IMG/VR virus record: IMGVR_UViG_3300048813_000107
Location: 10,381-74,380 of that record
From: a virus
Strand: one strand, 5' to 3'
DNA length: 64,000 bases
Positions 1 to 9,551 of the stretch are shown in pieces. The notes beneath the pieces are model-generated. The model was not told the DNA's origin. It made no database searches and was given only the letters and a program-made list of their open reading frames with translations. The position numbers were made by a program, and so were the translations under genes. Within the stretch, counting starts at the first letter, position 1. Each line of letters opens with the position of its first letter.

Positions 1-237
1 GCCGCCGTACCACCGCTCCGCCAGTTCCGGCGTGCTCTTGGAGAGCATGCCGGTCACGAATTCGATTTCGGCGTCACCCTGGAGGTGGCGGCAGTAGTCC
101 TCCAGGGTGCTCCGCGGGTACTCGTGGCCCGCCGCCGCCGACGGGGGAATGACCCGGAGGAGTATCTCGCCAACCCGTTTCGGGTCGAGGTATGTCGCCG
201 GGCAGTAGCCGGGCTCGATGGCTGATTTCTGGCTCAT
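1..237 (-). CDS. Hypothetical protein, runs off the window edge
   Basis: Open frame MSQKSAIEPGYCPATYLDP... from ATG 237 to base 1; TAAGAT 8 nt upstream. Confidence 0.45.
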   Translation of the reverse strand, partial: MSQKSAIEPGYCPATYLDPKRVGEILLRVIPPSAAAGHEYPRSTLEDYCRHLQGDAEIEFVTGMLSKSTPELAERWYGG

Positions 238-343
238 GGGAATGTATCTTACCGTTAGCCAGCCGGATTTCTGCGGATGCTGTGATGCTCACGTGAACGT
301 GTCGTGATACGGCATTCCGGGCCCCGGTCCCTACGCTGTTCCC

Positions 344-574
344 GTGAACCGACGCGACCTCGCCCTGATCCAGGAGACTCGCGCGGCGCTGGCCGACAGT
401 TCGGCGAAGCGGCGGCGGCGGGAAGCCGGGGTCCGGCAGGTCGAGGTGGCCGCGCTGCTCAGGAAAGCCCAGTCGACGATCTCGCAATGGGAGAACGGCC
501 TGCGGGTCCCCGATGCGGCCGATGCTCTTGCCTACGGCCGCGCGCTGGCCGCTCTCGGGAGACGTGCGGCCTAG
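344..574 (+). CDS. XRE-family HTH regulator
   Basis: RRREAGVRQVEVAALLRKAQSTISQWENGLRVP; TACGCT (332-337) 6 nt before GTG suggests a leaderless transcript. Confidence 0.85.
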   Translation: MNRRDLALIQETRAALADSSAKRRRREAGVRQVEVAALLRKAQSTISQWENGLRVPDAADALAYGRALAALGRRAA

Positions 575-626
575 CCCTCCCCCGCCGTGCGCTAATTACG
601 GTGCGGGATTGACGATGTACGGATTG

Positions 627-641
627 TGACACTATGGCCGG
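627..641 (+). promoter_or_regulatory. Extended -10 leaderless promoter of the integrase
   Basis: TG-a-CACTAT (627-635), 6 nt, ATG 642; TTGACG at 609-614. Confidence 0.5.
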
Positions 642-2150
642 ATGGGACTTACGCCTGAGCGGGCGATCCGTCAGACCCGCATCTCCGACGCCAGGGACGA
701 GGAGACCAAGGGCGTCGACGCGCAGGGCACCGACTGCGACAACCGCGGTGCAGCGCTCGGCTGGCGTTTCGGTCCCGCCGCCACCCATCACATCATCGAG
801 AACGACACGTCAGCTTTCAAGCGCAGGACCATAACCCTCCCGGATGGCCGGCGCGACACGCGCACGGTGCGCCCCGGATTCCGGGAGGCGCTGGCCATGC
901 TCGCGGACGGCCGGGCGGACGGTTTCATGGCCTACGACCTGGACCGGGTGTTCCGCGATCCCCGCGACCTTGAGGACATGATCGACGTCGTAGAGGCCTC
1001 GGCCCCCCGCATTCCCGTCGAATCGGTGACCGGATCCCTCCGGCTGGCCAACGACAGCGACATCACCATGGCCCGGGTGATGGTCGCGATGGCGAACAAG
1101 TCCAGCCGGGACACCGCGCGCCGGGTGGCCAGGGCCCGGCAGCGGCAGGCCGAGGAAGGCCAGTGGGGCGGCGGCAAGCGGCCGTTCGGGTTCGGGCCCG
1201 ACGGGGTGACCCCCGACCCGGAGGAGACGGCCGAGATCCGCCGGGCCGCGGACGCGATCCTGGCGGGCGTGTCGCTGCGGCAGGTGACGGCGAGCCTGCG
1301 GGACCGCGGCGTGCCCACGGTCACCGGTGCGGCGTGGAGCACGGTCACGGTGCGGGACATGCTGCTGCGGCCCCGCAACGCCGCGCTGATGGTTTACCGG
1401 CCCGGCGGCGGACGCGGCCCGCGGCGGGCCCGGCTCTACACCGACGCCGACATCACCGGCACGGCGCCGTGGGCCCCGGTCATCCCGGAGGAAGCATGGC
1501 GGGCGGTCCGCGACATCCTCACCGACCCGTCGCGCCGGCTCGGGCCCGGCAATACGCCGCGGTGGCTGGGCAGCCGGATCTACCGGTGCGGCATCTGCGA
1601 TGACGGGTCAACGCTCGTCGTGTCCGGGAGCACCAGCAACGGCCGCCGGTACTTCCGCTACTTCTGCCGGGAGAAAGGCCACCTGGCCCGCGCGGCCGTC
1701 CCGTGTGATGAGTACGTCGGGGCGGTCGTCACGGCGTGGCTCGCGGGCCCGGACGGCCAGCGGGTCGCGTCACGCCCGGTGCAGGAGCACGACGGGCCGG
1801 ATCCGCTGGAGCTCCGCCGGGAAGCGGCGGCGCTGCGGGAACGGCTGGACGAGCAGGCCCGGCTGCACGCGGAAGGCGTCATCGACGGGCAGCAGCTCGC
1901 GAAGGGGTCGGAGTCGGCCCGCTCGCAGCTGGCCGCGATCCAGGCTGCGCTGAACGGCATGTCGTGGCACAGCGCGCTGGACGGCATCGCGGGCAGCCCG
2001 GACGCCGCGCAGGTGTGGGCCTCGTTCGACCTGGGGCGCAAGCGGGCGATCCTGCGGGAGACCGTCACGGTGACCGTTCACCCGGCCGGCAAGCGCGGGA
2101 GCCGGTTCGACTACGAGACGGTCCTGTTCGGCCCCTGGCATCACCAGTAG
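642..2150 (+). CDS. Large serine recombinase (integrase)
   Basis: Catalytic TRISD...Q, DLDRVFRD motif, recombinase domain (GGKRPFGF), zinc ribbon CGIC...YFC, coiled coil. Confidence 0.95.
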   Translation: MGLTPERAIRQTRISDARDEETKGVDAQGTDCDNRGAALGWRFGPAATHHIIENDTSAFKRRTITLPDGRRDTRTVRPGFREALAMLADGRADGFMAYDLDRVFRDPRDLEDMIDVVEASAPRIPVESVTGSLRLANDSDITMARVMVAMANKSSRDTARRVARARQRQAEEGQWGGGKRPFGFGPDGVTPDPEETAEIRRAADAILAGVSLRQVTASLRDRGVPTVTGAAWSTVTVRDMLLRPRNAALMVYRPGGGRGPRRARLYTDADITGTAPWAPVIPEEAWRAVRDILTDPSRRLGPGNTPRWLGSRIYRCGICDDGSTLVVSGSTSNGRRYFRYFCREKGHLARAAVPCDEYVGAVVTAWLAGPDGQRVASRPVQEHDGPDPLELRREAAALRERLDEQARLHAEGVIDGQQLAKGSESARSQLAAIQAALNGMSWHSALDGIAGSPDAAQVWASFDLGRKRAILRETVTVTVHPAGKRGSRFDYETVLFGPWHHQ

Positions 2151-2239
2151 GGGCAGATTCCTTCATCTTCCCTGAATTGTTGCGTGTTCTTCCGTGAAGT
2201 TCCTTTACTTACCCGCTCTATCTCCATATCATCTCCGGT

Positions 2240-2410
2240 ATGGCTCCAGTCCTGCCCCCCGCCGCGTATGAGCGCGCCAGGGAGATCGCCGCGGCGGCAC
2301 CCCCCTTCTCCGAGGAGAAGATCGCGCGCCTGCAGCTGATCACGTGGGGCATGCCCGCTGGAGTCCCCGTGGCCGCCGTGCCCGAGCCGGGCCCGGCCGA
2401 GGCCGCCTGA
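2240..2410 (+). CDS. 56-aa putative recombination directionality factor (phiRv1 Rv1584c-like); not in ORF track
   Basis: MAPVLPPAAYERAREIAAAAPPFSEEKIARLQLI... resembles the AAAPPLTDEQRTRLAELL motif; TATCAT 7 nt upstream. Confidence 0.6.
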   Translation: MAPVLPPAAYERAREIAAAAPPFSEEKIARLQLITWGMPAGVPVAAVPEPGPAEAA

Positions 2411-2422
2411 CCCGCTGGAGAT

Positions 2423-2746
2423 GTGATGCCGAAGCCGATTCCCCCGCCGCCGACCCTGGGCGAGCTGCTCGCGGAGCCCGTGGTGCTCAACAAGCACCAG
2501 GTCTGCCAGGCGCTCGGCATGACCGGAAGCCAGGCAGACGAGCGGCTGGCGAACGGGACCTTCCCGGTCAAGCCCATGGAGCCCCGCAAGCGCGGGGTCC
2601 CGCTGCGGTTCGCCCTTGCTGACGTCCTGGCGGTGCTCGGCTTCGACCTCGGAGACATTCTCCGCGAGCTCGCCGGGGTTCTGCGTGATCTCGGCCCGTC
2701 CCTGTCCTCCTCCCCTGCAGGGGACCACGGGGAGCGTGCAGCATGA
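2423..2746 (+). CDS. Excisionase/AlpA-like winged-HTH protein
   Basis: VLNKHQVCQALGMT...LANGTFPV...RFALADV. Confidence 0.7.
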   Translation: MMPKPIPPPPTLGELLAEPVVLNKHQVCQALGMTGSQADERLANGTFPVKPMEPRKRGVPLRFALADVLAVLGFDLGDILRELAGVLRDLGPSLSSSPAGDHGERAA

Positions 2747-4125
2747 CCACGGCCACCTGGGCGCAGTTCCTCGAGCGCCGCTCCCAGCTCGACGGCATGG
2801 CCGGATTCGAGCCGCTATGGATGCCCGACTTCCTGTTCGGCTTCCAGCGGCTCATGGACGAGTGGGCGATCCAGGCCGGCCGTGGCGCGCTCCTGGCGGA
2901 CTGCGGGCTCGGCAAGTCCCCGATGGAGCTGGTGTGGGCACAGAACGTCCACCTTCACACCGGGAAGCCGGTCCTGCTGCTGACTCCTCCGGCGGTCGGG
3001 TCTCAGATGGAAGAGGAAGGCGCGAAGTTCGGTATCGAGGCCGCAGTGTCCAGGGACGGGAAGATACCGGCGCCGATCACGGTCACGAACTACGAGCGGC
3101 TGCACTACTTCGACCGGGACGACTTCGGCGGCGTCGTGGCCGATGAGGCCAGCTGCATCAAGGCGTTCGACGGGGTGCGCCGGGCGCAGGTTACCGACTT
3201 CACCAAGAAGATGCGCTACCGGCTGGCGGCCACGGCCACCGCGGCGCCCAACGACTTCACCGAGCTGGGCACCCTGAGCGAGATGCTTGGCTACCTGGGC
3301 CACACGGACATGCTGAGCCGGTTCTTCGTCAACGAGAGCAAGTCGGGCGCGACCGGCCGCGGGTACATGGGCGAGGCCCGGCACTGGCGGTTCAAGGGCC
3401 ATGCCGAGGACCCGTTCTGGCGCTGGGTTTCCTCGTACGCCCGGGCCATACGCAGGCCCTCGGATTACGGGTTCCCCGATGACGGCTTTATCCTGCCGCC
3501 GCTGGAGTACCGGCAGCATGTCGTTGAGCCGGGCATGCCGTCCGATGACGGCACCCTGTTCGACGTGCCCGCCATCGGCCTGCGCGAGGAACGCGAGGAA
3601 GAGCGCCGGTCGCTGCGAGAGCGCTGCGAGAAAGCCGCGGAGGTCCTGGCCGACGCCAGCCCCGGCGTGGCCTGGTGTCACCGGAACGCCGAAGGTGACT
3701 TGCTGGAGCAGATGATCGACGGCGCGGTCCAGGTGTCCGGTTCCGATGACCCGGACGCGAAAGAGGAGAAGCTCGCGGCGTTCACCCGCGGCGAGGTCCG
3801 GACCCTCGTGATTAAGCCCAAGATCGGCGCGTGGGGCCTGAACTGGCAGCACTGCCACCGCATGACCTACTTTGCCGGGCACAGCTTCGAGTCCCACTAT
3901 CAGGCGGTGCGCCGCTGCTGGCGGTTCGGCCAGGAGCACCCCGTGACCGTGGACATCATCACCACGCCGGGCGGGTCCAGGGCCCTGGCCAGCCTCAAGC
4001 GCAAGTCGGCACAGGCCGACGTGATGTTCAGCGCCCTGGTGGCCCACATGAACGACGCGATGAGCGTGCAGCGTACCGATGTGTACGAGCAGGAAACGGA
4101 GGTGCCCGCGTGGGCAAGGTGCTGA
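2743..4125 (+). CDS. SNF2-like SF2 helicase (phage methylase-associated type)
   Basis: ADCGLGKS Walker A, DEAS, TATAAPN motif III, WGLNWQ, QAVRRCWRFGQ motif VI. Confidence 0.9.
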   Translation: MTTATWAQFLERRSQLDGMAGFEPLWMPDFLFGFQRLMDEWAIQAGRGALLADCGLGKSPMELVWAQNVHLHTGKPVLLLTPPAVGSQMEEEGAKFGIEAAVSRDGKIPAPITVTNYERLHYFDRDDFGGVVADEASCIKAFDGVRRAQVTDFTKKMRYRLAATATAAPNDFTELGTLSEMLGYLGHTDMLSRFFVNESKSGATGRGYMGEARHWRFKGHAEDPFWRWVSSYARAIRRPSDYGFPDDGFILPPLEYRQHVVEPGMPSDDGTLFDVPAIGLREEREEERRSLRERCEKAAEVLADASPGVAWCHRNAEGDLLEQMIDGAVQVSGSDDPDAKEEKLAAFTRGEVRTLVIKPKIGAWGLNWQHCHRMTYFAGHSFESHYQAVRRCWRFGQEHPVTVDIITTPGGSRALASLKRKSAQADVMFSALVAHMNDAMSVQRTDVYEQETEVPAWARC

Positions 4126-5156
4126 GCCAGGTGATTACCGGCTCCTATGCGCTGCACAACGGCGATGCGATGGAGGTGATGCCGGACTACCCGGATGGCT
4201 GCATGCACGCCGTGGTCTACTCCCCGCCGTTCGCCTACGGAGACGAGGGGCCCGGCGGCGCGGGCCTGTATAAGTACAGCTCAAGCGAGCGGGACTTGTC
4301 GAACGCGGGCGGCTACACCGAGTTCTTCAAGATGTACGGCTATTTCGTCCGCGAGCTTCACCGGCTGACGATGCCCGGCCGGATCAACGCCGTCCACTGC
4401 ATGGACACCCCGATGGGGAATAGTGGCGGCGACGCGCTGGCAGACTTCCCCGGTGACGTGATCCGGCTGCACCGCGAATCGGGGTTCGACTACATCGGCC
4501 GCCACGTCATCTGGAAGGAACCGCTCGCGGTCCGGAACCGGACGATGGTCAAGGACCTCACCCATAAGACGACCGTGGTGGACTGCACCGACGCAGGGCT
4601 GGCATCGGCGGACTGGCTGCTGATCTTCCGCAAGCGCGGTGCGAACCCCGTCCCGGTGACCCATCCGAACGGGTTCACCGAGTACTACGGCGCCGCGCGG
4701 CCGCCGGCCGACGTGCTGAAGTACCGGGGCTGGACGGGCCCGCAGACGCAGAACCTGTACTCCCACTGGATCTGGCGGCAGTACGCCTCTCCGGTCTGGG
4801 ATGACATCCGCGGCAATATGGGCCAGTGGGACGACCGCAAGCACATGGCCGTGCTGCCGCACCGCGAGGCCCGCGACGAGGAAGACGAGAAGCACGTCCA
4901 CCCCCTCCAGCTCGATGTGTCCCGCCGGGTTGTCGACATGCGGACCAATCCGGGCGAGAGGGTTTTCTCCCCGTGCATGGGTGTCGGTTCCGAGGTGTTC
5001 GCCGCGATAGAGCTGGGCCGCCTCGCCGCTGGCGCCGAACTGAAGCCGAGCTACTACCGGCAGGCCGTGACGAACCTCGCGCTGCTCGAGCAGAAGAAGC
5101 CGAAGCAACTCGGCTTCGATGACGAGGAGCCCGCCGAGGAACGCGCGGCCTCCTAA
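4110..5156 (+). CDS. Beta-class N4-C/N6-A DNA methyltransferase
   Basis: SPPF catalytic motif before SPCMGVGS SAM motif, ELKPSYY; GTG 4110 with GGAGG RBS, overlapping helicase end. Confidence 0.9.
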   Translation: MGKVLSQVITGSYALHNGDAMEVMPDYPDGCMHAVVYSPPFAYGDEGPGGAGLYKYSSSERDLSNAGGYTEFFKMYGYFVRELHRLTMPGRINAVHCMDTPMGNSGGDALADFPGDVIRLHRESGFDYIGRHVIWKEPLAVRNRTMVKDLTHKTTVVDCTDAGLASADWLLIFRKRGANPVPVTHPNGFTEYYGAARPPADVLKYRGWTGPQTQNLYSHWIWRQYASPVWDDIRGNMGQWDDRKHMAVLPHREARDEEDEKHVHPLQLDVSRRVVDMRTNPGERVFSPCMGVGSEVFAAIELGRLAAGAELKPSYYRQAVTNLALLEQKKPKQLGFDDEEPAEERAAS

Positions 5157-5325
5157 CCACCACAGACCCCCGTCCCCCGCAACACCGGGACGGCCCCAGC
5201 AAGCCACCACCGCCAGCGAGACGAGGAACAGCCGGTCATCGGGCACGTGCCAGCGCGGAGCATCGCAACCCTCGCTGGCATGTGCCGGGGGACCGACCCC
5301 CGGACAAAGAAGGATACGAGGAATC

Positions 5326-6063
5326 ATGACCACACCAGAGCGCACCGAGACCGGCGGCCCGTCACGCACCCCCAGGAGCGAGATCACCGCCGCCGTGTCC
5401 GGCAACCGCAAGAAGGAGCCGGTTCTCCTGCTCGACCTGTCCACTTCGATGGACTGGGACGCGGCGCAGGGAGGGCCCGAGTGGAACGGCCAGGGCGGCG
5501 GCAGGCGCGGCATCGTCATCGAGGCCCTGCACGGCCTGGTTTCCGCGCTGGAAGCGGAGGACAGCGAGGCGGCGGCGGAGCAGGCCGGCGGCAGCGATGA
5601 CCTCGGCGGGCTGCTGACGCACGGCTTCGCCAGCGGTCACGTGGAGATCGGCGACCTGAACTCTTCCAACCTGGAGCGCAAGCTCAACGCGATCCAGTGG
5701 GGCGGCGCGACGCACATCATGCCCGCGTGGAAGGCGGCCCTCGCGGACTACGACGAGGAGTTCGGCGACAAGGACCCCGACGAGCAGCCAACCCTGCTGA
5801 CCCTGGTCCTGACCGACGGCGAGGCCGATGACTGGGCCGAGTTCGTGCCGGTACTGGAGAAGGCTAGCCCGAAGCGGGTGTTCGCGGTCGCGATCGTCGG
5901 CCACGGTACCGCCCATGACGCCACCGTCCGCGCCTACCAGCAGGCGGCCGAGCGGAACCGGTCGCAGGACAAGTACGGCAAGGAACACGTCAAGGTCGTG
6001 TCGTTCGACTCGGTGACTGACCCGAAGGAGATCGCGGCGGACCTGATCACGCTGATCAGCTAG
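5326..6063 (+). CDS. vWA-domain protein
   Basis: MIDAS LLDLSTSM, WGGAT, LVLTDGE; ATG 5326 after AAGGA/GAGG. Confidence 0.85.
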   Translation: MTTPERTETGGPSRTPRSEITAAVSGNRKKEPVLLLDLSTSMDWDAAQGGPEWNGQGGGRRGIVIEALHGLVSALEAEDSEAAAEQAGGSDDLGGLLTHGFASGHVEIGDLNSSNLERKLNAIQWGGATHIMPAWKAALADYDEEFGDKDPDEQPTLLTLVLTDGEADDWAEFVPVLEKASPKRVFAVAIVGHGTAHDATVRAYQQAAERNRSQDKYGKEHVKVVSFDSVTDPKEIAADLITLIS

Positions 6064-6087
6064 CCCGGCCCGTTTCACCATCTCGCC

Positions 6088-6172
6088 GCCAGCCGGTCCC
6101 GGAGGATCGTTCAAAGCCTCCGGGGCTGGCTGGCTCCAGGATTCAGGGCCGCCTCGCGCAGGGCGAGGCGGC
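6088..6172 (+). terminator. Two GC-rich hairpins between vWA gene and GT cassette
   Basis: Inverted repeats 6088-6134 and 6148-6172 (GCCGCCTCGC/GCGAGGCGGC). Confidence 0.5.
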
Positions 6173-6193
6173 AGTCATACCGAAAGGTCACGA

Positions 6194-7387
6194 GTGCCCG
6201 ACAGAATTGCCACGCCGGTACTGTGGCCACGTTTCACCGAGGCCCCGACCGTGCCGCTCCGCCGGCTGCGCACTGATACTGAGCCTGCCAGGCCTCCCTG
6301 GGACTGGTTCCGGCCGTCGCTGCCTAAGAAGGCATACCGGAAGGTAGTCGCGATCGTTCCTGCCTGCAACGAAGCTGACGCGATCACTGCGACAGTCCGG
6401 GCCTTGCGGCAGCAGAGCCGCGCTCCTGACCGCATCGTGGTGGCGGTGAATAACACCACCGACAACACCGCCGGGCTGGCCCGTGAAGCTGGGGCCGAGG
6501 TGATGATCCTCGCGGACAACAAGTTCATGAAGGCCGGGGCGATGAACCAGGCCCTCGACGCGGTGATGCCGGGTCTTGATGACGAGGACATGGTGCTGAT
6601 CCAGGATGCCGATACCTGCCTGAATCCGGACTTCACGAAGTACGCCGTCGAGGCCATGCGGCCTGGCATCGGCGGGGTGTGCGCCCGGTACGACAACCCG
6701 GCCCCCCGCAACCTCATCGAGCGGCTCCAGGCCAGCGAGTTCACCCGGTCGCGCCGGAAGATCTCGCGGGCCCGCGGGAAGGTCCTGATCCTGGTCGGCA
6801 TCGCGACCCTGTTCCGGGTCGGGGTCCTGCGCCACGTCCTGGCCGCCCGCGAGGCCGGGGAGCTGCCTGGCAGCCGCACCTACTACAACCTGACCTCGCT
6901 GTGCGAGGACTACGAGATGACCCTGGCCATGCGGACGCTCGGGTACAGGCTGACCAGCCCCGCCCGGTGCCGGCCGCTGACCCACGCGATGCCGACCCTG
7001 GGCAAGCTGCACGGCCAGCGGGTGCGGTGGACCCGCGGGGCCCTGGATGACCTCCAGGCCTACGGCCTGACCGGGATCACCCGGACCTACATCCTGGCGC
7101 AGGTAGGCCGTCTGCTTTCCATGCTCTCGCCGGTCCTGTTCGCGGCCTACCTGCTCTCGCTCCAGCTCACCTACGGGCGCATCGTGTGGGACCTGCCCTG
7201 GGTGTGCGTCAATGCCCTGTTCATCGGCGAGCGGGTCATCACCGTGCGCTCAGCCGGCTGGAGGGCCATGCTGCTCTCGGTGCTGCTGCTGCCGGAGCTG
7301 GCTTACGACTGGTTCATGGCTGCGTGCTACCTGCAGGGACTGGTGCTGCACCTTCGCGGCACCGCCCCGGTATGGAAGGAGACCTGA
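6194..7387 (+). CDS. Processive GT2 polysaccharide synthase (PgaC/IcaA-like)
   Basis: VPACNE, KAGAMN, QDADT, CEDY, QRVRW motifs and C-terminal TM helices. Confidence 0.9.
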   Translation: MPDRIATPVLWPRFTEAPTVPLRRLRTDTEPARPPWDWFRPSLPKKAYRKVVAIVPACNEADAITATVRALRQQSRAPDRIVVAVNNTTDNTAGLAREAGAEVMILADNKFMKAGAMNQALDAVMPGLDDEDMVLIQDADTCLNPDFTKYAVEAMRPGIGGVCARYDNPAPRNLIERLQASEFTRSRRKISRARGKVLILVGIATLFRVGVLRHVLAAREAGELPGSRTYYNLTSLCEDYEMTLAMRTLGYRLTSPARCRPLTHAMPTLGKLHGQRVRWTRGALDDLQAYGLTGITRTYILAQVGRLLSMLSPVLFAAYLLSLQLTYGRIVWDLPWVCVNALFIGERVITVRSAGWRAMLLSVLLLPELAYDWFMAACYLQGLVLHLRGTAPVWKET

Positions 7388-7542
7388 TGTTCGGCGACAC
7401 GATGACGCCGGATACGGCCCCCGGCATCCTCGGGCTGCTCGTGCTGCTGGTGACCCTGCTTTTCATCGGGCTGGCCCTGAACAGCCTAATGCCCCGCCCG
7501 GAGTGGCTGTACCGCCTGCTCACCAGGGAGAGGCACCGGTGA
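7387..7542 (+). CDS. 51-aa membrane protein, positional analogue of IcaD/PgaD
   Basis: TGATG coupling to GT2; hydrophobic GILGLLVLLVTLLFIGLAL; GTGA coupling to next gene. Confidence 0.65.
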   Translation: MFGDTMTPDTAPGILGLLVLLVTLLFIGLALNSLMPRPEWLYRLLTRERHR

Positions 7543-8648
7543 TATCTCCCCCGGCGCACCGCGGCATGCGGCGCTACCTGCTCGGCATCCCCGGCTCGAT
7601 TCTTGGCCTCGCCGTCGTCGCCATCATTGTCGTCTCCGTCTGGCATCCCGGCACGAACCCGGCCGGGCCGGGGGCAAGCACCGACGGCGGCGGGCTGCCG
7701 GGAGCGCACCCGGGAGCGGTAACGGTCACCGTCCCGTACGTCCGCACCTACGTCCGCAAGGTCGCCCGCATCCCGGTGCTGGCCTGGCACCAGGTCATCG
7801 GCGGGGTCGCGGCGACGCCGGCCGAGGACGTGATCTGGAACTTCGGCAGGGACTGCAAGCCGTCCGCCGCGGTCTGCGATGCGCCGGGCAATCCCGAGAC
7901 GGTCAGCCTGGCCCAGCTCGGCGCGGAGCTGGGATGGCTGAAGCAGCAGGGCTACCACTCCATCACGGCCGCCCAGTACTACGCCTGGGACGAGGGAAAA
8001 AGAGTCGCGCTACCGTCAAGGCCCATCTTGCTGACCATTGACGACGGCACGCTGAACTCCTACGTGAACGTCACCGCCGTGCTCCAGGAGTACGGCTACA
8101 GCATGGTCGCCTTTATCGTCAGCCAGTTCGCTGACGGGGCGGCCGCGAACCAGGAGCCGTACGCAGGGTGGGATGCCACCTGGGCGCAGCTGAAGGCACT
8201 GCCTGCTGCCCAGTGGTCTTTCGCCTTTCATGCCGGGGCGCACGGCCACAACGTGACGTTCCCGGATAACCCCGGCTGCACGTACTACTACCCGTGCCAG
8301 CTGCCGGGCGAGACGACCGCGCAGTATGAGCAGCGGGTGTCTGGTGAGATCAGCGCGGGCCGCAGGGCGGAGATGGCCGAGCTGGGCGCGCGGTTCGACA
8401 CGGACATGTGGGCCGTGCCGTGGAACGATCTCGGCAACCAGCCGAACCTGCCCAGCGAGGGCACGGCGGGAACCTGGCTGGCGTCATGGGCGGCCACCCG
8501 GTTCCCGGTCATCTTCATCCAGGACCCGCTGCACAACGGGAAGCAGCACGAGCGGTACCGGCTGGAGATCCAGGGCACCTGGTCCCTGAAGACGTTCAAG
8601 AACAACTTCCTCAGCAATGCCCGGGACGGATTTTTCAACGCGAGATGA
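7539..8648 (+). CDS. Membrane-anchored CE4 polysaccharide deacetylase (IcaB/PgaB-like)
   Basis: N-terminal TM, IPVLAWHQV, LLTIDDG, FHAGAHGH, AVPW. Confidence 0.85.
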   Translation: MISPPAHRGMRRYLLGIPGSILGLAVVAIIVVSVWHPGTNPAGPGASTDGGGLPGAHPGAVTVTVPYVRTYVRKVARIPVLAWHQVIGGVAATPAEDVIWNFGRDCKPSAAVCDAPGNPETVSLAQLGAELGWLKQQGYHSITAAQYYAWDEGKRVALPSRPILLTIDDGTLNSYVNVTAVLQEYGYSMVAFIVSQFADGAAANQEPYAGWDATWAQLKALPAAQWSFAFHAGAHGHNVTFPDNPGCTYYYPCQLPGETTAQYEQRVSGEISAGRRAEMAELGARFDTDMWAVPWNDLGNQPNLPSEGTAGTWLASWAATRFPVIFIQDPLHNGKQHERYRLEIQGTWSLKTFKNNFLSNARDGFFNAR

Positions 8649-9550
8649 CGGCGGGGAACGGGGAGTACACCCGCCGGCGGGCTCTCATGATGGGCCTGGC
8701 AGCACTAGACACCGTAGTTATCGGCAGCGACGACACGCAAGGAGCCCCCATGACCGAGCAATCGACAGGCCCGGCGGTCTTTTCCCCGGACGGAAGCCAC
8801 ACGCATTCCGTCCCTACTCCGGCCCCGGTGCCGGCGCCGGTACCAATACCAAAGCCCTACACCTTCTTCGATGAGTTCAGCGGCGCGGCGGGCACCGCAC
8901 CGGATCCGGCGAAGTGGGCTCCGCAGACCGGCCGGGGAATATGGGGAACCGGGGAGGTCGAGAACATGATCAACTCGACCACCACCGCTTACGTGGACGG
9001 GAACAGCAACCTTGTCATCGCGCTGGCCAGCGACGGTCAGGGCGGCTTCAACGGTGCCCGGCTGAACAGCAAGTTCAGCGGCTCGTACGGCACGTGGGTC
9101 ATGCGCGCGCAGGTCCCTGTTGCTCTCGGCGCGTGGCCCGCGCTGTGGTTCATGGGCAACAAGGGGCAGTGGCCGGCTAACGGCGAGGTGGATCTGGTCG
9201 AGATCTACGGGCCGAACGTCAACGGCGGTCAGCTCCAGACCACCGTCCACAGCAGCGGGGCGAACGGCCAGCCCAGCTACTATGCCAACCGCGCTACGGA
9301 CGGGAAGTTTCACGTCTACCAGATGGTCTACTCGGAGACTGGTTTCGTGTTCTCAGAGGACGGCACCCAGTACCTCGCCGTCGCCGAGTCGCAATTCCCG
9401 GCCGGCGGATACCCCTTCAACGGCAACGGCGGGATGTACTGCATCCTCAACGTCGCAGCTGGCGGGGAAGGTCCTGGCGGGGCAGTCCCGCTGGCAGATG
9501 AGCTGCCGATCAGGATGCTCATCGATTACGTCCACTTCACGGCGGCGTGA
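8645..9550 (+). CDS. GH16 glycoside hydrolase with Tat-like signal
   Basis: FFDEFSG, WPALW, GEVDLVE (ExDxxE); TRRRALMMG twin-arginine; ATGA overlap. Confidence 0.9.
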   Translation: MTAGNGEYTRRRALMMGLAALDTVVIGSDDTQGAPMTEQSTGPAVFSPDGSHTHSVPTPAPVPAPVPIPKPYTFFDEFSGAAGTAPDPAKWAPQTGRGIWGTGEVENMINSTTTAYVDGNSNLVIALASDGQGGFNGARLNSKFSGSYGTWVMRAQVPVALGAWPALWFMGNKGQWPANGEVDLVEIYGPNVNGGQLQTTVHSSGANGQPSYYANRATDGKFHVYQMVYSETGFVFSEDGTQYLAVAESQFPAGGYPFNGNGGMYCILNVAAGGEGPGGAVPLADELPIRMLIDYVHFTAA

Positions 9551-9551
9551 C

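Noticed and set aside
2151-2235. AT-rich gap after the integrase as an att site
   Set aside because: No clear inverted-repeat core; better explained by the promoter of the 2240 ORF; needs an empty-site comparison
2743-5156. DISARM, BREX or restriction-modification system
   Set aside because: No nuclease, PLD, PglZ or Drm partner genes visible
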